Assembly (NCBI GenBank): GCA_918797485.1
Contig: CAKKNE010000006.1
Span: forward strand, 2,728,001 to 2,792,000
Origin: Pelagomonas calceolata
Lineage: Eukaryota
Reading direction: 5' to 3'
Length of the DNA stretch: 64,000 bases
In this document: positions 1 through 10,914 of the stretch, piece by piece
How positions within the stretch are numbered: position 1 is the stretch's first letter
How the letters are laid out: each line of letters starts with the position of its first letter
Notes under the pieces: generated by a model
Seen by the model: only the letters and a program-made list of their open reading frames with translations
Databases searched by the model: none
Told to the model about the DNA's origin: nothing
Made by a program: the position numbers and the translations under genes

Positions 1-1
1 G

Positions 2-1419
2 CTGGGCAAGAGCGTAATCGTAAAAGGCCGCGGCAAGCCGCGCGCACGCCTAACGACAGCAGACATGGCATTTGAACGCGCCGTCGACGCGGCGACGATG
101 GCCGGCATGGCGCTACCGGAGAAGGAAGAAGACATTATCACGCCGCCGGAGGACACAAGGGCCTGGCAGGGCACCGAACATGGTAATTTCAACGGCATGG
201 ACGCGGCGCGCGCGGCGAAGGACGAAGACGACAGCGTCGCTATGCGCCGCGTCAAGAAAGCGGCATCGCTGGCGCAGGCGGCCCTACACGCGCTGGTGCT
301 CTTCGTGCTGCACGCGCCGATCAAGTGTTTAGGAGTGAGCGCCCAGGTCGAGTGGGGCAATGCGAACCGCTCCTTCGCGCTGCTGTCGCAAGGGTCGCTC
401 CTGCGGAACATGGCGTGCGTCGCTCTGAGTCGAGTAGCATATGTTCCGTGCGAGGCGCTCCATCGGCTGATCTGGTTTCTCTGCGAAGGCATGCAGAGCG
501 TGAAGGGACTTAGGGGAGCCATGACCAGAGGAGCAGCGGTGCACATGGCGCTGTCCGTGGCGCTGCTCTTCGGCGACGAGATCTTCGAGGGCAATTCCGA
601 CGCGCTCTTCATCGTTGAGTCTATTAAAAACGTGCTCGGTGTCACGGCCTTGTGTGGCTACGCCGCCAGAAATTGTTCTTATCATTCTGGCGAGGTGGCT
701 ATCCGAGTCAGAAATTTCAACGTCCCGCGTCGACGCGATCGGTTCGATGGCGTGGTACGTACGAGCAAGATCTCTCGATAACGCAGGCCCTGCAAGCGCT
801 CGCGGAGTTCTGGAAAAGGATGGACGCGGACTCATCGAAGGAGGCCGTCGTTTCTATCCTTGGATCCTCGTTCACGCTGTTCAAGAACGCCGCCGTCCCG
901 ATGCTGATGATCTCGCAGTGCGGCTGGTGCCCGGAAACCGGCTGGCCCGTGTTCGCCGCTACGGCCTGCTTCGTCGGGTATACGGAGATCACGATGTCGG
1001 GCATGGCGCGGTACGCCGTGTCGGAGCTCCACCGGTTCCTCGCTTATTGCAAGATTGTTCATTGCGGCCAGTCGGGCCAGAGACCGGAGGGCGTCGGCGT
1101 GATGCAGTTTCTCTTAGATCTCGCCGGTCGCCTGCCAAACTCGTGCGAGGACATGTTATTCGGCATCCACGGTCACTCGAACGTCGTCATGGGCTCGACC
1201 GTTTGTATGGTGCCGCTCCTGGGCGCGTCCGACGAGCGGGAGTTCCTCATGGGCGCGGGCGTCGGCGTCTTCGGGATCCTGCCCCTCCTGGACCGCAAGG
1301 TCTTCCGCGCCATCTTCGACCTCCTCAAGCGCGCCCCGATCGTCACGGGCGACCACGGCATCATAGATGCGCTCTTCGGCCAGGAGCAGAAGTGGGTGCC
1401 CGGGCCCCTCTGGAAGTGA
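2..1419 (+). CDS. Uncharacterised helical protein, probably 5'-truncated by the window; two exons (<2..706, 787..1419)
   Basis: ORFs 65..781 and 652..1419 join in frame through a phase-0 GT..AG intron 707..786 (alternative donor at 695) containing the TCGATGGCGTG intron motif. The frame is open back to position 2. Confidence 0.55.
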
Positions 1420-1576
1420 GGCGTGTCGTTTCCTTCTTTATGCTTGTGTAGTGTGGAGGAGGGGCATAAGCTTGTTAATAACAAATACGTCTCAAGCAGC
1501 CTCTGCCCACTCCCTTGCCCTGGTCAAGTCCCTGGTCATGCAAAGCAGCGCGGCCGCGAAGGAAAAAGACACACTC

Positions 1577-3077
1577 TTACACAGGCCGCTCACCACCACC
1601 ACCGCAGGGCCAGGGCAGCCGCCGCCGCAGCGTCGCCGATAAGGCGCGGTTCGGCGCGCAGTAAAGCTCGTCGAGCGCGGCGCGCGTCGCCGCGAGCATC
1701 GGCGCGTAGCGGCCGCCGCGGCTGGGCATCAAAGCGTACAATCTCTCCACGGCGGCGACGCGCGCCGACCGGCCATAATCAAAAGGCTCCAGTCCCGCAA
1801 AACGCTCGACGCGCGCGACCGCCTCGAGCGTCGCCTCGCGACTGCTCACGAAGTCCTCAAACACTAAAGCCAAAAGTTGAGACCGGGGGAAGCGGTCGAA
1901 CCAGGGCGCGAGCTGGCAGTCGTAGAAGCCCCGCGGTAACACGTTCGAGTCGCCGCTGCCGGAGCCGCGCGCCCACGCACACTTATCTAGATCTTTTTTT
2001 GCCGCGAGCTGCGCCCTCACCAGCCTATCAAAAGCCTCGGGCGCGCAGGGGAAGCTCAGTCGTTCTGATGACTCATCATTGGACTTTGATCGAAATACAG
2101 CACCCTCCGCCTGGCGGACGCGGCCGTTGCGGCACTCGTGTTGTAAATGACTGTATGCTCGCGACGTAGGGTTCCGCAGACACACCAGCAACTTGAGGGA
2201 AGGCATCAACGACGCCAGGACCGACGGGATTTTCGGGTTCAACAGGTAGTTGGGGGACTTGTCGAACGTGAGTACACCATCAGTAGCTGGAGGGTACTTC
2301 CTCAAATAAAAGCGCCAGTTCCGGCCCGCCGCCTCCGGGTCGTGGGCTGCCGAAAAGTATCTCGATTCTTGCGGCCACCCTATCATATCCTCCGACGTCC
2401 GTAGCTGCGGATGGTTCTGGAGGTAGAGCATGATGTTCGTGGTCCCGGACTTCATGGCGCCTGCGTGCGTATGATGTCGCGGCGATGGCGTACCGGTGGG
2501 GTAGGTGTTCGTCCTCTCGCGGCGGGGTCGCGGTCGCCGTGGCGGCAGGAGTTAGGCGGTCGCGGCGGCGCGGCCGCGGCGGTCGCGGCGGCAGGAGTAG
2601 GCGGTCGCGGTGGCGAACGTGGCGTTGTCATACGCCATCGACGCGCCGCCAGTACCAGGCGCGAACGGCGCGTCGTGGCGGGGGGCGTGGTGTCGAAGGC
2701 ACGCGGACGCCGCTTCCAATACCGATCACGGCCAGCGACGGCAGGCACCGCCGCCGATGCGCGCCGCGCCAGTCCGCCGCGTCCTCGACGCAGACGCCCG
2801 CGTCGAGGCTTGATGCCTGGACGCAATGCCCGTCGTCGGCGAGCGTCGTGCCGGGAACGGCTCTTCCACTCATCCGGCGCTGCTCCGGGCACGTCACGAC
2901 ATCATCCGTTTGCACGGCCCAAGCCGTCGCCGTCGTCCGCAATAAAAGCGACGCCGCGACGATGCAGCCGACCGCTGCTGCTAACAAAGGCAGCACGCGC
3001 GTCTTGTACTTGTCCTGCGACGGGAGCCTTTCTGGGGGCGGCGGCGCCTTCGTGCCTGATGCACGGCGCAGCATCAT
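1577..3077 (-). CDS. Type II membrane sulfotransferase (heparan-sulfate O-sulfotransferase-like); exons 3077..2723 and 2460..1577, 412 aa
   Basis: Splicing out 2461..2722 (GTATTG..GCAG) restores the 5'-PSB motif LAVIG|AMKSGTT. Also FDKSPNY, LRNPTSRAYS (3'-PB), RGFY..QL..W and an N-terminal TM helix. Confidence 0.85.
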
Positions 3078-3360
3078 CTAGGTCTGGGTCTGGCAGGGCT
3101 GCTCGCGTCGATGCCGGTGCTCGAGCCCAAAGGCGCTGTCTTTTTATGACTCCTGCAGCACCAGGGCGTCTCCAGGCTGTCACAGCAATGCGATGACCGC
3201 GATTTTGCCGTCTTTTGCTAGTGTGTTACAGTACGCTAGCTGTCGAAGCGCGGCCGCGGCGGTTATTTGACCGCATCGGTTGCGTAGGAGTGCGTGCGAA
3301 CGGCGACGGCGTAGCCTGTGCCAGGCGCAACATTGCTGGGCATCCGTACGGCCAACACAG

Positions 3361-4638
3361 ATGCGGCTCCTCCACCTAACCCTCCTCACAATAACGCAGG
3401 GCGAGACCAGTAGATTGAGAAGAGGCCTCACGTCCATCGCGCGGCAGCTCGCGCCGCCGGAAGCTGTGGAGGCCTGCGCGTCGATTGGAAGAGCATTAGA
3501 AGCATTGGAGAATAGACGAGGTCGCAAACATAGACGAAGGGGCCCGCTCGTGCTCGACTTATTATTGCTAAGAGCGTTAGACAAGGACTGCGAGCGAGGT
3601 ACCAAAATACAAATCAAGGACCCGTCGTTCCTGCGGTTCGCGTGGCGCCACGCGTCGGCGGCCTACGGCTACGTGCTCCTGAAGGCCTGCGGGTTGCTAC
3701 CGGGCGTGCATATCCGCAGCTCCATTCAAAGATTAGACGAGTTGGGCATACGGGAGCGGTGCGGAGACGTGGACGTGTTTTTTGAAAATTTCCGGGACAA
3801 GAAGACGTTAGATGGCACGCCGAAATGCTATGTTTGTAGAGATGGGGACCGCGTCGTGCTATCAATCAGAGGCACGGCGGACATTTTTGATGCATTGACC
3901 GATGTTTTGTGTGAAGCGGTGCCGTTTTTGAATGGGGAAGCTCATTCTGGTATGCTGAAGGCCGCAGATAGATGTTTAGCAGCGACGGAAGCATCGATAT
4001 TGGAGGCCCTCGATTCTGCCCCGAGGAAATGCGACCTCGTAATTACCGGGCATTCCATGGGCGGCGGCTGCGCCATCCTGGCGGCGATGCGGCTCGACGA
4101 GCTGCGAAGGAGGCATGATGCGAAAGGGCCCGGGTCGAGGCTCGCGGACCGGTTGTATAAAGGCCAACACCACATCAGGTGTGTCGCGTTCAGTCCACCA
4201 CCGGTCGCCACGGTCGCGTGCCGCGCGTCGCGGAGGTGCTCTCTCGCATCTGTGTGTAGAGGCGAGGACGTCGTGCCGTCTTTATCGTTGCGAAGCGTGG
4301 CGAATTTACTAAGGAGCTTGGACGTGCTCGACGCCTCGCTGGAGGTTGGTCGAAGGGCGCGGCTCGTCGCGTTAGATACAGTGAAGACCGACGCCGTCGA
4401 TGAAGTCCGATCGAAGCTGGGGGCGCAATTATCAAGGCTGCGCGACGATTTTCACGGAGACGACCATCCAGCGCGTTTGGTTGTGCCGGGCGGCCTCGTC
4501 CGGCTAGGCCAGGAGCACCACGTCTTTGATGATAAACCGCCGGTGATCCGCGTGCGGGACGCGTCGGTGAGCGACCACACGCTTATGAGTGTCGACGCGT
4601 CCATCGAAGCACTGGCGGAGCACTATGTTGTCGACTAG
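3361..4638 (+). CDS. Class 3 lipase (DAGL-like alpha/beta hydrolase)
   Basis: LSIRGT..DALTD, AHSGM, nucleophile motif GHSMGG, AFSPPP, EDVVPSL. Confidence 0.85.
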   Translation: MRLLHLTLLTITQGETSRLRRGLTSIARQLAPPEAVEACASIGRALEALENRRGRKHRRRGPLVLDLLLLRALDKDCERGTKIQIKDPSFLRFAWRHASAAYGYVLLKACGLLPGVHIRSSIQRLDELGIRERCGDVDVFFENFRDKKTLDGTPKCYVCRDGDRVVLSIRGTADIFDALTDVLCEAVPFLNGEAHSGMLKAADRCLAATEASILEALDSAPRKCDLVITGHSMGGGCAILAAMRLDELRRRHDAKGPGSRLADRLYKGQHHIRCVAFSPPPVATVACRASRRCSLASVCRGEDVVPSLSLRSVANLLRSLDVLDASLEVGRRARLVALDTVKTDAVDEVRSKLGAQLSRLRDDFHGDDHPARLVVPGGLVRLGQEHHVFDDKPPVIRVRDASVSDHTLMSVDASIEALAEHYVVD

Positions 4639-4659
4639 CGTATTAAGTATCACAGACTG

Positions 4660-5454
4660 TTAGATAGGGAGTTCCCCGACGCGCACGCGGCTGCCACGAC
4701 GCGTCCCAAGTATAAATGGGACGCACGTGCCGGTGGCCCAGGCGACGTACCACTGAAAGCGCGGCCGCTTCAGGTAGACGTGGTCCAAAAGCAACCCGCC
4801 GGCCACCCTAAAAGCCCACGCGATATGAAACAAGCACGACGCGTACGCGACTGGGACAGTATGTGTCCAGGCGCACGCCTCGATTCGATCACTGGATGCC
4901 AATGAGTCGAACCACCACCAGCACAATAAGCCGGGCACGAAGTGGCCTAATGTATTTAAAAAGTGGAAGTAGGGCATGCTTGCATCTATCCGCGTCGCCA
5001 ATTCGCGGTAGTGTGACGGGTACAAGATGGCCATGACGTTGAACGAGAAGAAGATGGCCCAGCTGTTCACTAATAAGTAGGGCAGTAATCGCGGCGGGAC
5101 GTCTATTCGGATGAACGCGTCGCACAATTGAGCTATCAACGCTGTACAATTCCATATGGTGTAGGTCGACGAGAGCAACGGCGGCCCGGCGCACAGCAGC
5201 AGACCCAACCCAGCAGCACAGGACGCCCAGCTCGCCCGCACGCTCATCGCGAGTCCTGCTAAAGCGCCGTAGCAGCCCGGGAGGATCAAATCTCTCCAAT
5301 CAGGGAGCGGCTTTTGTTTATTTTGGTCGCCCAAAGCTAATCCAATATTGACCGTGCCGGCGAAGGAGGCGCTGCGCTTCATTTCCGTTTCGTCTAATTG
5401 CGCCGCGCTTCGGGTTCGCGCCGCGACGGGCGCCGTGTGGTCGACGAGGACCAT
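4660..5454 (-). CDS. Multi-pass membrane protein of unknown function
   Basis: 264-aa ATG ORF with about 6-7 hydrophobic segments. Confidence 0.6.
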   Translation of the reverse strand: MVLVDHTAPVAARTRSAAQLDETEMKRSASFAGTVNIGLALGDQNKQKPLPDWRDLILPGCYGALAGLAMSVRASWASCAAGLGLLLCAGPPLLSSTYTIWNCTALIAQLCDAFIRIDVPPRLLPYLLVNSWAIFFSFNVMAILYPSHYRELATRIDASMPYFHFLNTLGHFVPGLLCWWWFDSLASSDRIEACAWTHTVPVAYASCLFHIAWAFRVAGGLLLDHVYLKRPRFQWYVAWATGTCVPFILGTRRGSRVRVGELPI

Positions 5455-5747
5455 GGTGCTCGCTGCGCCGTCTTACAGCTTACTGCGATGAATGCTCTCC
5501 CAGCTACAGGGCGTCGCAGCAGCTCGTAATGAATGCTGCTCTCCCACTACAGAGAGCACCTCGCGCGAAGGGCCTCACACGGCAAACGATCCGGCCCACG
5601 TCGTCGGCGCAGCGATGCGACGATTGATTCCGATCAGTGTGCGCCTCCGTAGGGCTGGGAGACGTCTACAGGTCCAGCGAGCACTCGAGTTTTGGCTGTG
5701 CTCTAGTGTCTTAAGGACGCTAGCAGTTGCTTCTTAGGCCCCATCTA

Positions 5748-6680
5748 CTACACCCGATTGACGGGGAGGTTGTCGTAGTTGATCGACGATCTCCGCCGGA
5801 CGAGCTCGATGCTCATCGCCGACGCGCGCCGGTTGAGGTCGTCGTTTTCGATCTTCCGCGTCCGCCGGCCGCAGCACGCCGCGAACCCGCAGTAGACCAG
5901 CGGACAGACAACGAGGATGATCACTGCCGCCATGAGCGCCGTCTGGTCAAACTTCTTCCAGTTTAATGTCTCGTAGATGTAACGGTCGCCGTCGCAGCGG
6001 AGGCCGCTCACGTAAAATACGGCCGACCAGATCAGGTAGAGTATCGAGTATCCGATGAAATACCTGTGCGGTAGACGCGTGGATCGACCGGCGCGGCCAC
6101 AGATTTCCACACAGTAATACCATACACGAAGTGCCACGGGCGCACGGGCTGGTTCGTGAGCAGCTGGTCGACCGCCATCGCCAGGAAATTATACCCGTGC
6201 GTGAACGGCGTGATGGGGCGCGGCGTGCCGCCGTCGTAGATCAATGTCCAGTACAGCAGGAACACCAGAAACGACGCGGAGAGCGTCAGATCCTGGAGGA
6301 CCCACGTCGCTTTCGCAAACCAGGGCGTCGGCGATGGCGCGTCCCTGTAGAACGCCGACGCCGTCGTGTACGCGGCGAAGGCGAGGTAGACGACCTCGAT
6401 GATCAGCATTTGGTTCGTCACTGTGTGGGAATCAAATGTCAGGCGCCACGTCCCCTAACTCACTGGTCGATTTTCACACAGGTGCCGAACGATAGATGAG
6501 GTAACACCGCGACGGATGATGCGCCACGCTCCAGACAAACACGGCGAGCACGCTCGCGAACAGACAAACGCGCACGGCGAGGTAGGCCTTGCGGTCGTCG
6601 ATGCAGCGGCTCGCGCAGAAGTACTCTTGCCATCGATTGTCGTAGGTCGATAAGGCGAACCTCTGGCGGCAGGACGCCAT
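5748..6680 (-). CDS. Rolling stone / FAR-17a-AIG1-like membrane protein; exons 6680..6491, 6420..6126, 6063..5748 (266 aa)
   Basis: Three ORF pieces join in frame after removing two introns, giving YLIY|LTNQ, LYWTLIY, HGYN, WHFV|YFIGY and YIYETLNW. Confidence 0.75.
6064..6125 (-). mobile_element. Introner-type intron, 62 nt (TIR element 6064..6114)
   Basis: GTATGG donor; ends CTGTGTGGAAATC ... CCGCACAG; removal restores the frame. Confidence 0.75.
6421..6490 (-). mobile_element. Introner-type intron, 70 nt (TIR element 6421..6481)
   Basis: TIRs CTGTGTGAAAATC / GATTCCCACACAG; GTTCGG donor; removal restores the frame. Confidence 0.8.
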
Positions 6681-7111
6681 GCTCAGTTACAATGATACAG
6701 TAATTAAGTGGTCACGGACGCTAACTAACCCAACAATGATGGTCCATGAGGACAATGTTTTGTAGCCAGGCGTTTCGCGTTACCGGCTTGCCGTCTCGTC
6801 CCTGGGCGACGTGAATAGAGCCAAGAGCCTGACACTAACTCAAAATACTCGAGCCTGCGGGCAAAGCGCGTTCCTGTCAGCTAGCGTGTCTGTAACACAC
6901 TAGCAAGCACGGAGCTCAAAGCCCAAAAAGGCAGCCAAACGGTGCCTGATTCAATATAAACCCAGCAGTGGTAGTCTTAATTAATGCCTCTTCTCACGCT
7001 GGCGAGCGCTTCGATGCGTGCTTGAAGAATACGGCACCCAGGAGCCACAGAGCACACAGAGCATTTTGGACAGCTCTGCTCTCAGAGTCAGAGCACTGCG
7101 CGCGTAAGACA

Positions 7112-9559
7112 ATGCGCCAGACGCCGCCACCCACACCGTCGGCGCGGTCGCCGCGCCGCAGAGCAGGCTCCATCTCGTCGGCAGCCCACACCGGAAAGAA
7201 CTACGTCTTAGTCCTCGTAGGACTATTAGCGGCTGGCTTAGTCCTGGAGTGCGCACGCCATTTGATACGACGCGACGAGCCCGCACCACCGCTCGAAGCA
7301 GACGAAACAAACTACCTCCCCGACCCGCGCACGAAATTATCACCAGGAGACACCGTCAACGCCTACGAGCTCGTGTCGCTGGCGGGCCAGGCCGGCGGCA
7401 ACAAGCTCCCGGCGCCGATCGAGGGGATTACGCACTTCACGCCGGCCTTGCCCCATCCTCGAGATGCCTGCGCATTGACGGAGAGCGAGCCCGGCGCCCA
7501 GACGTCGTTCCGCTGGGCCATCAAGAGACGTTTGAACAGAGGCGCGCACGGCGAGGTCTGGGCTGCAACTAGAGAGGAGAGGGACTATGTGCTGAAGCGC
7601 ATGTTTTTGGAGAAAGGAGCACACGTACGTTTAGCTGCGGCTCGGGAAGCGTGGTTCGGTGCGGCTCTGGGCGGTCATTTTGTGGAGAGTTTCGCGACAG
7701 CTAGAGGCGACGTGTGGCTGGTCTTCGAACACGCTGGTCGATCATTACATGATCATCTGTTCGAGGCCGATCCTACCATCGGGGTACTGAGACCTACAAG
7801 GGCCTGGCGCCAATTGCGGTTGGATGCTGATGGGCCTCGCAAATTCGCGGAATTATGTGTGGGGCTCCTCGAGGCGACGGCGGCCGTGCACGCGGCGGGC
7901 GTCGTGCACCGCGACGTGAGTTGCGGCGTCGCGTTTTTCCTTCGACCCGCGACCTCGACGCCATCGACGCGGTCGCGGCGATGGCGTATGGGGGGCGCCA
8001 GGCGCCATCGACGCGACGCCCGCGCGCAGGTCAAGCCCTCGAACATAGCTATTGATGTGACCGACGAAGGCTACATGAAGGTGACGCTGCTCGACTTTTC
8101 CAGCGCTTGGAGCCGCGAGGCGGAAAGTGCCGGGTTGTACGGCTCGACGGGCCCGTCGCGCGACGAGGAGACCGTCGAGTACATGCCTCCTGAAAGGTTA
8201 CTCGACGACGGGACGAAGACGCCGTCCCCTTCCCAGGACGCCTGGGCGATTGGTGTCGTCTTGCTGGAGGTATTACTCGGGACGCGCCAGGCCTTCCAGG
8301 TGGATCCACGGACAAGAGCATTCGTAGAAAAAAGCCTGCGAGGGCGGTCGCGTTTTGAAATTGAGAAGGCGCTGCTCGAAGCGGCCCTGGCCGATCTGTG
8401 CGTCTTGCCCAAGGACGCGACGCCCTGCGCGCCGACGGATCTACTGGACGAGCTCCAGGAGCGCGACCCGCTGGAGGTCGGCTTCGCGTCGTACCTCGGC
8501 GTCGACGGCGCCGACTTCATCTCCTCGTTACTAGCGAGGGACCCTTTGGAGAGAGCCCTCCCGGCCCAGGCCCTGAACCACCCGTTCCTCCGGCGCGCCG
8601 CGGAGCAGCTCTTCGAGAACGTCCGGCGCATCGACGCGCCCGCGTCCTTGCTGGTCGAGGCGCCCAGTCGCGCATTAGATGCCCCCTACTATACGCTACC
8701 CGGCGTGAGGCGGCGCTTCGACGTCTGGGAGTCGTGCCGGCGCTTCGCGGAGTTGAAGAACATGACGGCGTTTTGTGAGTACGATGCAAGATCGTTGCCG
8801 CCCTGCTTATCAGCACAACGCTTCGAGATCGACCAGGAGAGCCACTACGGATTATGTGACTTGAGGGGGCGGCGGGCGCGCATCGAAGACCACCACGCGG
8901 TCGTGTATGATGACCATTACGCGTTGTGGGGCGTCTTCGACGGGCACGGTGGTAGGGCCGCCGCGCGGTATTCTGCTCGAGAATTGCCCGCGGCGTTATC
9001 CACTTTTGGTGACGACGATATAAGGGCCGCGTTTCACAGCGTCGATGCGGCGTTCGACGATCCGAAGCACGACAAGTCGGGCAGCACGGCGACGGTCGCG
9101 GTCGTCGTCAATCAATCCCTTGTCGTGGCGAACGTCGGCGACTCGAGAGCTATAGCCTGCTGCCCGTTGGTCGTTTTGACGGAGGACCACGTCGCGTCGG
9201 ACGCAAGCGAAGCTTCACGTATTAATCAGCTGGGCGGGACCATTGTTGAAAAACGGGTCGAGGACCGCGTCGTGCTCACGCGAAGTATCGGAAATCGGGC
9301 GCTCGATCCCTTGTTGATCGCGGAGCCTTATATCACGCGCTATCCGTTATCGTCGTTCCGGTACCTGATCGTGGCCACGGACGGGCTCTGGGACGTCGTC
9401 TCCAACGACGAGGCGGCGCGGTTCGTCGGCGAAAGACTGGACGGGTCCGTCGACGCGGCGCAGCGCGCGGCGAAGGCCCTCGCGCACGAGGCGCTCGTGC
9501 GCCAGTCGACGGACAACGTGTGTGTGATTGTGGTCGATCTGGAGGCGCATGGCTCGTAG
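7112..9559 (+). CDS. Membrane-anchored protein kinase - PP2C phosphatase fusion; exons 7112..7915, 8030..9559
   Basis: Kinase: RGAHGEVW, VLKRM, HRD|VKPSN, DFSSA, EYMPPE, DAWAIG. PP2C: RIED, VFDGHGG, SGSTA, NVGDSR, ATDGLWD, STDNV. Hydrophobic helix near the N-terminus. Confidence 0.9.
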   Translation: MRQTPPPTPSARSPRRRAGSISSAAHTGKNYVLVLVGLLAAGLVLECARHLIRRDEPAPPLEADETNYLPDPRTKLSPGDTVNAYELVSLAGQAGGNKLPAPIEGITHFTPALPHPRDACALTESEPGAQTSFRWAIKRRLNRGAHGEVWAATREERDYVLKRMFLEKGAHVRLAAAREAWFGAALGGHFVESFATARGDVWLVFEHAGRSLHDHLFEADPTIGVLRPTRAWRQLRLDADGPRKFAELCVGLLEATAAVHAAGVVHRDVSCGVAFFLRPATSTPSTRSRRWRMGGARRHRRDARAQVKPSNIAIDVTDEGYMKVTLLDFSSAWSREAESAGLYGSTGPSRDEETVEYMPPERLLDDGTKTPSPSQDAWAIGVVLLEVLLGTRQAFQVDPRTRAFVEKSLRGRSRFEIEKALLEAALADLCVLPKDATPCAPTDLLDELQERDPLEVGFASYLGVDGADFISSLLARDPLERALPAQALNHPFLRRAAEQLFENVRRIDAPASLLVEAPSRALDAPYYTLPGVRRRFDVWESCRRFAELKNMTAFCEYDARSLPPCLSAQRFEIDQESHYGLCDLRGRRARIEDHHAVVYDDHYALWGVFDGHGGRAAARYSARELPAALSTFGDDDIRAAFHSVDAAFDDPKHDKSGSTATVAVVVNQSLVVANVGDSRAIACCPLVVLTEDHVASDASEASRINQLGGTIVEKRVEDRVVLTRSIGNRALDPLLIAEPYITRYPLSSFRYLIVATDGLWDVVSNDEAARFVGERLDGSVDAAQRAAKALAHEALVRQSTDNVCVIVVDLEAHGS
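7916..8029 (+). other. In-frame, stop-free 114-nt spliceosomal intron in the kinase catalytic loop
   Basis: GTGAGT..GCGCAG separates HRD from VKPSN; contains two CGCCATCGACGCG motifs. Confidence 0.85.
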
Positions 9560-9710
9560 ATGTTGTAGTAAGTGTGGTTCTCTGTCTCGGTCCGTACCTA
9601 CCGGTAGGTGCGACGTCGCGGCGAAGGCGTGGGCCTCTTGTTGAGAGGGGTTTCTCAGGACGACTCTGCTGAAGAATGCGACTCCGGACTATCGTCTATG
9701 CTCCAGTAAG

Positions 9711-9775
9711 AAACAGGCATAGTTCTTAGTCACTTGAATACAGGCATTATTCTTAGTACACTCGTGAATAGGCCT
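9711..9775. repeat. Short imperfect tandem repeat (~27-30 bp, about 2.3 copies) between convergent genes
   Basis: ACAGGCATAGTTCTTAGTCACTTGAAT / ACAGGCATTATTCTTAGTACACTCGTGAAT. Confidence 0.6.
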
Positions 9776-10553
9776 AGAGCCCAACGACGACCCCGGCGAT
9801 CGCCGCCGCCGCGACGAGGGCAGCGCGGCGCGCCAGTACCGGCTTCGCCGCCCGCGCAACGGAGACGACGAGGACCAGCGACGCGACCGCCAGGGCGGCG
9901 CCGAGGGCCTGCTCGGTGAACGTGAAATCTTCTTCTTCTTCCGTGTCCTTGTCGTCGTTCCCGGTCTCCTCGGGCGCGCGGTCGCGGCGGCGCTGCGGGC
10001 CCCAGAACATTTGCTCAATACTGTCGGCCGAGCCCTCCGAGCCCTCCGGCGGCGTCGGCGGGAGCGAGAGGCCCTCGACGTCGAGGCCTAGCGCTTCTCT
10101 CTGCGTCTCCAAACGTTGCCGCAGTAAATCATCGCGCTCCACCGTGAGCGCTTCGACGACCGCGCGCAGCGCCTCGGTCTCGCCCTCGCGAGAGACGTCC
10201 TCGAGTTGCGGCACGCCTCCGATGCGCGCCGCCACGGCGCGCTGGACGGCCGGGTCCCGCGCGAGGTCCGCGCCGAGTCTGACGGCGCGCCGGGCCGCCT
10301 CGGACGCGAGGGCCTCGGCGGGGATCGTCTCGACGGCGGCCGGCGCGAGGATCTCCAGGCCGCCGTCGACGTCGACATCTCCGGGTTTCAAGCCAATTTC
10401 GAGCCAAGAGCCCGCGAGGGGGACCTCTGGCTCCTCGGACTCCGTCGGGCGGTCGCGCAACGCCTCAGTGCGGTCTCCGGCGGCCAGGCCTGCCAGAGCG
10501 GCGGCGCCGGCGGGCGCTAGGCGTCGGGCGGCTTGGCCGGCGGGCACGGACAT
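9774..10553 (-). CDS. Hypothetical protein with a short coiled coil and C-terminal TM helices
   Basis: 259-aa ATG ORF with GC3-rich codon usage. Confidence 0.55.
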   Translation of the reverse strand: MSVPAGQAARRLAPAGAAALAGLAAGDRTEALRDRPTESEEPEVPLAGSWLEIGLKPGDVDVDGGLEILAPAAVETIPAEALASEAARRAVRLGADLARDPAVQRAVAARIGGVPQLEDVSREGETEALRAVVEALTVERDDLLRQRLETQREALGLDVEGLSLPPTPPEGSEGSADSIEQMFWGPQRRRDRAPEETGNDDKDTEEEEDFTFTEQALGAALAVASLVLVVSVARAAKPVLARRAALVAAAAIAGVVVGL

Positions 10554-10914
10554 GATTTAAAAATCGGGGCGGCGGCGTATGAGAACTGAGGGCGTGCCGG
10601 GCGTACGGCAGGGCAAATTTCGAACGATCGTGCTCTGGCAGCTTTTTTAGCGTCTGAAGGGCCGATTTCGAGCGCCGCTTGCTTTGATTCTTCGCACACG
10701 TGTCAACCGAGTTGCTGGGAGTCTCGTCAAGTCTCGGTGGCCGCTGCAGGAGACGGCCTTGCGCTGTGCACTTTTGTCAGCATAATCAGGTAGCGTATCG
10801 ACATACTAGCCAAAAGAGAAGCTGCTCCATACGCTAGTTCTAGCACCGTAACAAGTAGAGAGTGCCCCATACGCCATCGACGCGACGCATCGCGAACAGG
10901 CACTCCCAAACACG

